Part shown: positions 8,500-13,796 of the stretch, one piece after another
Numbering within the stretch: position 1 is the stretch's first letter
Layout of the letters: each line of letters starts with the position of its first letter
DNA from: Candidatus Micrarchaeota archaeon
Lineage (GTDB): Archaea > Micrarchaeota > Micrarchaeia > Norongarragalinales > SBBD01
DNA length: 13,796 bases
Reading direction: 5' to 3'
NCBI GenBank assembly: GCA_043806595.1
Contig: JAZDGU010000055.1
Span: 1-13,796 of the forward strand
The notes under the pieces: generated by a model
What the model was told of the DNA's origin: nothing
Database searches by the model: none
What the model saw: the letters and a program-made list of their open reading frames with translations, nothing else
Translations under genes and position numbers: made by a program

Positions 8500-8936
8500 T
8501 CCCGCTTTCGCCCGACCGGCATCCTCTCGAGGAGTATAGTCGGGGAAATCTTCGTAACGCCGTCCATGACCGCTATCTTCTCGTTGATGAAGCGCGTGAC
8601 GTCCGACTGCGAGCGCATCCAGACCTCCAAGAGCACCATGTGCTCTCCGGTTGAAGTCGCAAGGTAGGCGATGTCCTCCAGCCGACCGAGCGCCTCGACC
8701 ACCTTGAGGAACTTGAGGGGCTCGATGTTGAGGCCGATGTAGGCGACCGCATCATAGCCTATCTTCCGCGGGTCGACAATCGCGGAATATTGCAGGATGA
8801 CCTTCGAGTGCTCGAGCGCCTTGACGCGGTTGCGCACCGTGCCCTCGCTGACCTTGAGGTCCTTGGATAGGCGCAGGAACTTGATCCGTCCGTCCTCCCT
8901 CAGGCGGCGGATGATTTCAAGGTCGAGCTCGTCCAT
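8496..8936 (-). CDS. Lrp/AsnC family transcriptional regulator
   Basis: MDELDLEIIRRLREDGR...LSKDLKVSEGTVRNRVKALE (HTH), VDPRKIGY linker and STGEHM in the RAM domain. Start is ATG 8936 or 8948. Confidence 0.95.
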   Translation of the reverse strand: MDELDLEIIRRLREDGRIKFLRLSKDLKVSEGTVRNRVKALEHSKVILQYSAIVDPRKIGYDAVAYIGLNIEPLKFLKVVEALGRLEDIAYLATSTGEHMVLLEVWMRSQSDVTRFINEKIAVMDGVTKISPTILLERMPVGRKRE

Positions 8937-8950
8937 GGAAATTACCATTA

Positions 8951-8965
8951 TTTACGAAAATCGCA
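8951..8965. promoter_or_regulatory. Putative Lrp operator 1 (TTTACGAAAATCGCA)
   Basis: Imperfect palindrome immediately upstream of lrp. Positions 8951-8963 are the exact reverse complement of 9706-9718. Confidence 0.65.
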
Positions 8966-9016
8966 GCATTCTTTCCATATTTTACCATAATTTTCGATAA
9001 AAAATAAAGAAAAAAA

Positions 9017-9029
9017 TACGAAAAACGCA
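9017..9029. promoter_or_regulatory. Putative Lrp operator 2 (TACGAAAAACGCA)
   Basis: 12/13 identical to 8953-8965, in the same AT-rich intergenic region. Confidence 0.55.
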
Positions 9030-9053
9030 TTGTTTTTCATTGTTTTTTCCGCC

Positions 9054-9650
9054 TTACGCAAGGTCGAACCAAATGTCGTAGGCCATGTATGCCGGGGTCT
9101 TCGCCACGATGATTTCATAGCTCAGCTCGCTGCCGAAGCCGTTCGAGCTCGTGAAGTACCCGATGTCCGTGCAGAACATGTATTCCGTGTTGTTGGGGTC
9201 CGAGAGGAGGCCGGTCGTGCGGCTGTCGGTCGTCGTCAGCTTGCTCACGTTCAGCGTATTGCAGAGGTTGCCGCGGGAGTCGAAGTGGTTGCTTGTGTTG
9301 TAGTATCCTGAAACGCCGATGACGGAGTCCGCGGTCGTGTTCGCGGTGGCGTTAACCAGCGTCCCGGGGAAGGTATCGCCGTTCTTGAGGAAGTAGAGCA
9401 CTCCCGAGGTGACGGTCTTGCGGTACAATACGTTGCCGAGGTTGGTGTTGTTCCTGACCTCGAAGCTAACGTTGCCGTAGAAGCCGACGTACTGCTGCAT
9501 ACGACCGGCGATGCTCGTGTTCGAGCTTGTGCCGTTGTCTGCTGGGACGGCGACGTTGGTGTTGTCCGATTGCTCGGCAACCGCGAAAACCAGGACCAAC
9601 ATTGCCCCCATTGAAAGGAGCCCTAGAGCAAGCATGCGGGTTGGATGCAT
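9054..9650 (-). CDS. Secreted/surface glycoprotein of unknown function
   Basis: The SD-like GAGGTGA spacing favours ATG 9650 (alternatives 9659 and 9662). Hydrophobic N-terminus LALGLLSMGAMLVLVFAVA, nine N-x-S/T sequons, a QQYVGFYGNVS motif and aromatic C-terminus YDIWFDLA. Confidence 0.8.
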   Translation of the reverse strand: MHPTRMLALGLLSMGAMLVLVFAVAEQSDNTNVAVPADNGTSSNTSIAGRMQQYVGFYGNVSFEVRNNTNLGNVLYRKTVTSGVLYFLKNGDTFPGTLVNATANTTADSVIGVSGYYNTSNHFDSRGNLCNTLNVSKLTTTDSRTTGLLSDPNNTEYMFCTDIGYFTSSNGFGSELSYEIIVAKTPAYMAYDIWFDLA

Positions 9651-9705
9651 AGAATGCATCACCTCAAACTATGAACGTGGGTTATGGATTCAAAAAAAAC
9701 AAATC

Positions 9706-9740
9706 CGATTTTCGTAAACAGAACTAGTATTTAAACATTT
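9706..9740 (-). promoter_or_regulatory. TATA box (minus-strand TTTAAATA, 9728-9735) and downstream putative Lrp operator 3 (CGATTTTCGTAAA, 9706-9718)
   Basis: The TATA-like element lies ~10 bp upstream of the operator copy, so the operator falls near the expected transcription start. Confidence 0.6.
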
Positions 9741-9955
9741 GCATTGCGGGTAAGTACGTATTGAATGGGTGTATTCGCACGCTTCATGGAGAGAGCATTT
9801 TCGGGGGCAGGGGGAAGGCCAAACGGGGATGGGGGACCGGGGGTTTCGCAGCGGAAACGCGGCCGGTCAGCGGTTTTTAAAGGTGCCATGGCATTGAAGC
9901 AACCGGGCCGAAAATGCCCGCGTAATGCGGGGCTGCTGGCATCAGGTGATACCTA

Positions 9956-10927
9956 ATGGCTGAAGAGGGAAAGGCACGCAAGAAGATTACCTCCATAGAG
10001 GACATCCCGGGCGTGGGGGAGACGACCGCGGCGAAGCTCAAGGACGCGGGCTACACGGAGATGATGAGCATCGCGACGGCGATGCCCGCGGAGCTGTCCG
10101 AGGTCGCGGGAATCGGCGAGGGCACGGCGATAAAGGTCATCAACGCCGCGAGGGACGCGCTCGACATGGGCTTCGAGACCGGGGACGTCGTCCTCGAGAG
10201 GCGCAAGACCATTGGCAGGGTCACGAGCGGCAGCACGGAACTGGACGCGCTGCTCGGCGGGGGCCTGGAGTCGCAGGCGATAACCGAAGCCTTCGGCAAG
10301 TTCGGATCCGGGAAATCCCAACTCGCGTTCCAGCTGTGCGTCAACGTGCAGCTTCCCGTGGAGCAGGGGGGGCTGGACGGCGGCGCGCTCTTCGTGGACA
10401 CGGAGAACACCTTCCGGCCGGAGAGGCTGATACAGATGGCGAAGGCCAAGGGCCTCGACCCGGACGCCGCGCTCAAGAGGGTGCACGTCGCGCGTTCGCA
10501 CAACAGCGACCACCAGATGCTCCTCATCGAAAAGTGCGACGAGACCATCCGCGAGAACAACATCAAGGTCATAATCATCGACTCCCTGACGTCGGCGTTC
10601 CGCAGTGACTACATCGGCCGCGGCAACCTCGCCGAGCGCCAGCAGAAGCTGAACAAGCACCTGCACGCGCTGCAGAAGCTCGCGGACAGGTACAACCTCA
10701 TCATATACGTGACGAACCAGGTCATGGAGCGCCCCGACATCCTCTTCGGCGACCCCACGGTGCCCGTCGGAGGCAACATCCTCGCCCACCAGGCGACGTT
10801 CCGGCTGTACTTCCGGAGGAGCAAGGAGGAGCGCCGCATAGCGAAGCTAGTGGACTCGCCGAACCTGCCCGACGGCGAATGCGTGTTCAGCGTCACCACG
10901 GACGGCATCGGCGACATGGACGAGTAG
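9956..10927 (+). CDS. radA: DNA repair and recombination protein RadA
   Basis: N-terminal HhH (IEDIPGVGETTAAKLKDAGY), FETG polymerisation motif, Walker A GKFGSGKSQ, DTENTFRPER, Walker B IIIDSLT, YIGRGNLAERQQKL, TNQV and LVDSPNLP. SD AGGTGAT upstream. No intein. Confidence 0.98.
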   Translation: MAEEGKARKKITSIEDIPGVGETTAAKLKDAGYTEMMSIATAMPAELSEVAGIGEGTAIKVINAARDALDMGFETGDVVLERRKTIGRVTSGSTELDALLGGGLESQAITEAFGKFGSGKSQLAFQLCVNVQLPVEQGGLDGGALFVDTENTFRPERLIQMAKAKGLDPDAALKRVHVARSHNSDHQMLLIEKCDETIRENNIKVIIIDSLTSAFRSDYIGRGNLAERQQKLNKHLHALQKLADRYNLIIYVTNQVMERPDILFGDPTVPVGGNILAHQATFRLYFRRSKEERRIAKLVDSPNLPDGECVFSVTTDGIGDMDE

Positions 10928-10950
10928 ACCTGCGGCGCCGGCAATACCAA

Positions 10951-10978
10951 TGTTTTTCCATTTTCCCCTTCTTTCCCC
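10951..10978 (+). terminator. Putative oligo-T/pyrimidine-tract terminator of radA
   Basis: TGTTTTTCCATTTTCCCCTTCTTTCCCC begins 24 nt after the radA stop; archaeal terminators are typically T-rich. Confidence 0.45.
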
Positions 10979-10983
10979 ATACA

Positions 10984-11030
10984 ATAAAAATAGGATAATA
11001 TTTATATATGTGTTTTTGCATTGATTTTTA
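10984..11030 (+). promoter_or_regulatory. Promoter of the RHH-RelE module
   Basis: Purine/AT-rich segment followed by TATA box TTTATATA at 11001-11008, ~35 nt before TTG 11043. SD GGTGA at 11032-11036. Confidence 0.65.
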
Positions 11031-11042
11031 TGGTGAAGGGAC

Positions 11043-11303
11043 TTGAACATCAGCATGCATTTCGAGGGGTACACGGAAAAGATAATCGCTGAGGCGCTGC
11101 GCCAAGGAATCGTAAAGACCAAGGCCGAAGCGCTGAGGCTCGGCCTCCTGGAACTGAACCAAAAATACGGGCTGGTCGCGTCAGACCTCGAACAGAAGGA
11201 ACTCGAGGAGGACATCGCCGAATTCGACCGCATGGAAAAGCGCATGGCATCGGGTATCGCCAAAGTGCGCCGCGCCAAGAGCATCGACGAGATATTCGCC
11301 TGA
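11043..11303 (+). CDS. Antitoxin, ribbon-helix-helix (CopG-like) with acidic C-terminus
   Basis: Short beta strand MNISMHF, then helices and GIVKTKAEALRLGL (G-x-x-x-S/T-K-x-E-A-x-R pattern). Acidic tail ending SIDEIFA. Lies upstream of the RelE gene. Confidence 0.75.
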   Translation: MNISMHFEGYTEKIIAEALRQGIVKTKAEALRLGLLELNQKYGLVASDLEQKELEEDIAEFDRMEKRMASGIAKVRRAKSIDEIFA

Positions 11304-11314
11304 GGAATGCGGGC

Positions 11315-11560
11315 ATGGCCAACGAACTCTACTACACCGACGAATTCAGGCGCGACGCCAAGCGGCTTGAAGGACCCATGCAAGCCCGCCTGAAGACGGC
11401 GATAGCGAAAATACTGGAGAACCCGGGGCGCTTCAAGCACCTCGAGAACACCAACCGCTTCCGGGTACGCTTCGGCGTTTACAGGATCCTCTACAAGGTC
11501 GAGGGAAGCAAGGTCATCCTCGTCAGGCTGGGTAAGCGCGACGAAGTCTACCGAAGCTAG
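11315..11560 (+). CDS. RelE/ParE family toxin
   Basis: 81 aa and basic. Motifs YTDEFRRDAKRL, ILENP...KHL, FRVRFGVYRILYKV and LGKRDEVY. Confidence 0.9.
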   Translation: MANELYYTDEFRRDAKRLEGPMQARLKTAIAKILENPGRFKHLENTNRFRVRFGVYRILYKVEGSKVILVRLGKRDEVYRS

Positions 11561-11593
11561 CGCCGCACTCCTCACATCGCCGGAGGCTGCTCC
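11560..11593 (+). repeat. Direct repeat copy 1 (34 bp)
   Basis: GCGCCGCACTCCTCACATCGCCGGAGGCTGCTCC is 30/34 identical to 13440-13473. It is followed by GTTTAAACT at 11604-11612. Confidence 0.9.
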
Positions 11594-11655
11594 GCTGGGG
11601 GCAGTTTAAACTAGCCGCCAGACAAACGCAAATGGGTTTGAGAAGCGGCGTGCGA

Positions 11656-12918
11656 TTATTCGAGCATCCACTTCCAGACGGGCTTGACTTGAACCTTCCG
11701 GCCCTCCAAGACGAGCTCTTCCTCCTGGTCGTAAGTCAACACCAGCCCCCGCTTTACCTTCAAGGAAGACATGCACGCGGATAACCCGGCCAGCTCGCGC
11801 TCCCGGTTGCCGCCGGTCAGCTCCCAGCAGACTTGAACCGCCAGCTCCAGCTCGTTCTTCTCTACGGTCACGAAATCGCATTCCGAGCCGTTCCCGAAAT
11901 AGAACACGCTGCAGTTTTCGTTGAGCGCGTTGAAGACAAGGTTTTCCAGCATGCGGCCGTTGTCCTTCGTCGTCTTCGCCGAAAGCACTGGAACGAAGGC
12001 GTTGTCCACAACGTAAAGCTTCTTGTCGTTCACCAACTGCTTCTTCAGGCTATAATCGAACTTGCTGGCCACCGACACGAAATACGCCTGCTCAAGATAC
12101 GACACGTACGCCTTCACGGTGTTCGCGCTCCCGAAATTCAAGAGCTTCTTCAGAGAGTTTAAGCTGAACTTGTTCGAGAAATTGGCTACAAGGTACTTGT
12201 ACAACTCCCGCAACTGCGCGACGTTCTCCACGCCGTGCCGCACCGCAATGTCCTTAATCACGATGTCGTCATACACGCGCGCGAGAACCTCGGGATTGCC
12301 GTAAACCAAGTACTCCGGCATGCCCCCCTTCTCCAAGTACTCGCCAAAAAGCCTCTTGCACGCCGCCCGGCCCTCAGACTTGTAAAGAATTTCCTTGCTG
12401 AAATGGAACTTGCGAAGCGCGAGGAACTCCTTGAACGAGAAAGGCCGCACAACCAAGTCAACGTGCCTGCCGGTAAGCTTCGTGCCCAACTCCCTGCTCA
12501 ACAGCCTCGCGTTCGAGCCGCTGATGAAGAACTTGAAGCCCGCGTCGTAAAACCTGCGCACGAAAGCCTCGAAACCCTCCACGTTCTGTATCTCGTCAAT
12601 GAAGAACGCCTTCTGCTCCCCGAACAATTCAACGAGCGCCTCGTAAACGTCGTTGAACTGCGACGCATCGAAGTCTTTGAGCCGCTCGTCCTCAAAGCTG
12701 ACGTAGTAAAACGACTCGTCAGAGTAATACTTTTTCACGATTTGACGCATCAGCGTGGACTTCCCACAACGCCGCAGGCCGCTCAACACCACCACATGCG
12801 GCAGCTTGAGCTTCTCCCCGACGGAAGAAAGCGCCGCCCGCTCCACCCCCAAGTCCTTCTTGAGGAAAGCCGCCCACTGCTCCGACAGCACCTGCTTCAA
12901 CTGCTCCTTCGACAACAT
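11656..12918 (-). CDS. AAA+ ATPase, AAA_14 + DUF4143 family
   Basis: Walker A GLRRCGKST, Walker B FFIDEIQNV, SGSNARLLSRELGTKLTGR, PFSFKEF, GGMPEY, KLYVVDN, LENLVF and ECDFV...AVQVCW (PD-(D/E)xK-like C-terminus). Likely start ATG 12918; the ORF is open to GTG 12939. Confidence 0.93.
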   Translation of the reverse strand: MLSKEQLKQVLSEQWAAFLKKDLGVERAALSSVGEKLKLPHVVVLSGLRRCGKSTLMRQIVKKYYSDESFYYVSFEDERLKDFDASQFNDVYEALVELFGEQKAFFIDEIQNVEGFEAFVRRFYDAGFKFFISGSNARLLSRELGTKLTGRHVDLVVRPFSFKEFLALRKFHFSKEILYKSEGRAACKRLFGEYLEKGGMPEYLVYGNPEVLARVYDDIVIKDIAVRHGVENVAQLRELYKYLVANFSNKFSLNSLKKLLNFGSANTVKAYVSYLEQAYFVSVASKFDYSLKKQLVNDKKLYVVDNAFVPVLSAKTTKDNGRMLENLVFNALNENCSVFYFGNGSECDFVTVEKNELELAVQVCWELTGGNRERELAGLSACMSSLKVKRGLVLTYDQEEELVLEGRKVQVKPVWKWMLE

Positions 12919-13073
12919 ACAATCCGTATGCAAAACCACCTATTTAAATCTTCTCATCCAGAATGAACAAAAACAGCCCAAAGTTCTCAACGGGAATGAG
13001 AAGAATGCCGGGCGCATCATATCAACGTTTCCGCAATCCGGCACTCTCCAATTCCGTCAACGGCCTCTGCGCT

Positions 13074-13367
13074 TCACCCGAGGCAGTCGGGCGAATCCTT
13101 GCGGGGGCTCAAGTAGAGCACCGCGCCGGCCGGCACATCCGCGTTCACCTGCACTGCGACGTACTTGCCGCCGAACTTGCTCGGATTCACCCAAGCGCTG
13201 CCCACGAAGCCCTCAACGCCCTTCATCTTGACCGTCCGGTGAGGCTTAGTGTCCTTGCCGTCCTCCGCCTGCGCCGCGTGGCCGGTTCCGTTGCCATTGC
13301 CGGTCCCGGCAGGAGCAGCTGGAGGCCTGCGGTCCTTCTCCATAGTCCATGCGCTTCTCGCTTGCAT
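13074..13367 (-). CDS. Small hypothetical protein, possibly DUF736-like (putative ssDNA-binding)
   Basis: ATG 13367 is preceded by SD AGGTGG (alternative ATG 13343). Low-complexity N-terminus, then a beta-rich domain PHRTVKM...VGSAWVNPSKFGGKYVAVQV resembling the DUF736 pattern vGaAW.....G..Y.sv.l. Confidence 0.6.
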   Translation of the reverse strand: MQARSAWTMEKDRRPPAAPAGTGNGNGTGHAAQAEDGKDTKPHRTVKMKGVEGFVGSAWVNPSKFGGKYVAVQVNADVPAGAVLYLSPRKDSPDCLG

Positions 13368-13439
13368 TTCAAACCACCTATTTTCACACAGCCAACCCTC
13401 GACACACTTGACAGAAGCGCGTGTTTCGACCCTTCGATT

Positions 13440-13473
13440 GCGCCGCACTCCTCATATCACTGGAGGCTACTCC
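13440..13473 (+). repeat. Direct repeat copy 2 (34 bp)
   Basis: GCGCCGCACTCCTCATATCACTGGAGGCTACTCC differs from copy 1 by four transitions. It is followed by GTTTAACT at 13486-13493. Confidence 0.9.
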
Positions 13474-13557
13474 CCCGACTTTCCGGTTTAACTCCGAGTT
13501 ATCTTCAGGAGAGCTTGGCTCCCCAGCCTGCGCCGGAAAGCGATGACCCGGCTTTGC

Positions 13558-13795
13558 GCGCGGGTTTTCCTATGCAAAAGAAGCCGAGCGAAGCTGGTTC
13601 GACTTCAAGCGGCCATTTGGCGAGCGGGCGTTCCCTTATGCCTAGCGTAAAACGACGTGAAGCCGCAGCAAAGCGTAGGCTGAACGACGTAGCGGCCCGA
13701 GCACCGCAGTGCGAGGGGAAAGGCTTAAGATGGAACGCCCCGAGAGCACAGAAGTCGAACACAGCGAGACTCGGCTGTTGGCAGGAAAACCGCGC
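13558..13795 (+). other. Long branched imperfect inverted repeat (structured ssDNA or ncRNA)
   Basis: Nested pairings: 13563-71 with 13783-91 (GGTTTTCCT/AGGAAAACC), 13582-88 with 13770-76, 13593-96 with 13762-65, 13597-606 with 13751-60 (GTTCGACTTC/GAAGTCGAAC), 13626-34 with 13732-40 and 13635-43 with 13721-29 (one mismatch). Inner hairpins at 13652-90 and 13696-717. Confidence 0.85.
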
Positions 13796-13796
13796 T

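Noticed and set aside
9765..9956. 63-aa ORF upstream of radA
   Set aside because: No recognisable features, and it overlaps the probable radA promoter (TTTTTAAA at 9874-9881) and SD. It cannot be fully excluded.
9956..10927. Intein in RadA, or identity as the RadB/aRadC paralog
   Set aside because: The length (323 aa) is normal with no insertion, and the N-terminal HhH domain and FxTG motif identify true RadA.
11604..11656. Integron attC site after the AAA gene
   Set aside because: No proper RYYYAAC...GTTRRRY box pair enclosing the hairpin, and no integron integrase in the window.
153..12966. Numerous long antisense or alternative-frame ORFs (e.g. 2165..3217, 6368..7720, 9953..10789, 12235..12966)
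   Set aside because: Shadow ORFs expected in GC-rich DNA overlapping well-supported genes, with Arg/Ala/Pro-rich junk composition.
11560..13473. Direct repeat pair as a DGR template/variable repeat
   Set aside because: The differences are two A/G and two T/C on the same strand, so they are not adenine-specific. The repeat is short and no reverse transcriptase is in the window.
11560..13473. CRISPR array
   Set aside because: Only two copies, 1880 bp apart, with no spacer periodicity and no cas genes.
13505..13762. 85-aa minus-strand ORF
   Set aside because: It lies on the inverted-repeat structure, has no recognisable protein features and is probably incidental.
13500..13796. SRP RNA, RNase P RNA or tRNA
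   Set aside because: I could not find the SRP helix 8 motif or the RNase P GAGGAAAGUCC motif. The GTTCGA at 13597 belongs to a long-range stem with no cloverleaf. An Rfam search is still needed.

Overview
High-GC archaeal chromosomal segment. The domain assignment rests on an archaeal RadA, TATA/GGTG-type expression signals and an Lrp regulator. A DPANN origin such as Micrarchaeota is my inference from gene content and is not proven. From left to right the window holds: (1) a sugar-phosphate cluster with a DUF2090/IolC-C-terminal-like class I aldolase, a hypothetical gene and a PfkA-family phosphofructokinase carrying the PPi-type GGED/PKT signature, interrupted by a DUF4258 + Zn-ribbon/AbrB toxin-antitoxin pair; (2) a minus-strand cell-surface cluster with an N-glycosylation-site-rich secreted protein, an Lrp/AsnC regulator, a 1147-aa membrane-anchored heparinase II-like polysaccharide lyase and a membrane-anchored protein with two dockerin-like domains, plus three copies of a Ptr2-like Lrp operator; (3) radA; (4) an RHH-RelE toxin-antitoxin pair; (5) an accessory-looking right end (11560-13796) with an AAA_14/DUF4143 ATPase and a small DUF736-like gene, both bracketed by a 34-bp imperfect direct repeat, sharing a 13-bp leader and followed by a ~240-nt branched fold-back with strand-specific tandem GA mismatches. 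The right end is the best candidate for an undescribed system: the edge of a mobile element with an ssDNA-folded promoter/origin or a structured ncRNA. All family calls come from motif recognition by eye; no database search was run.
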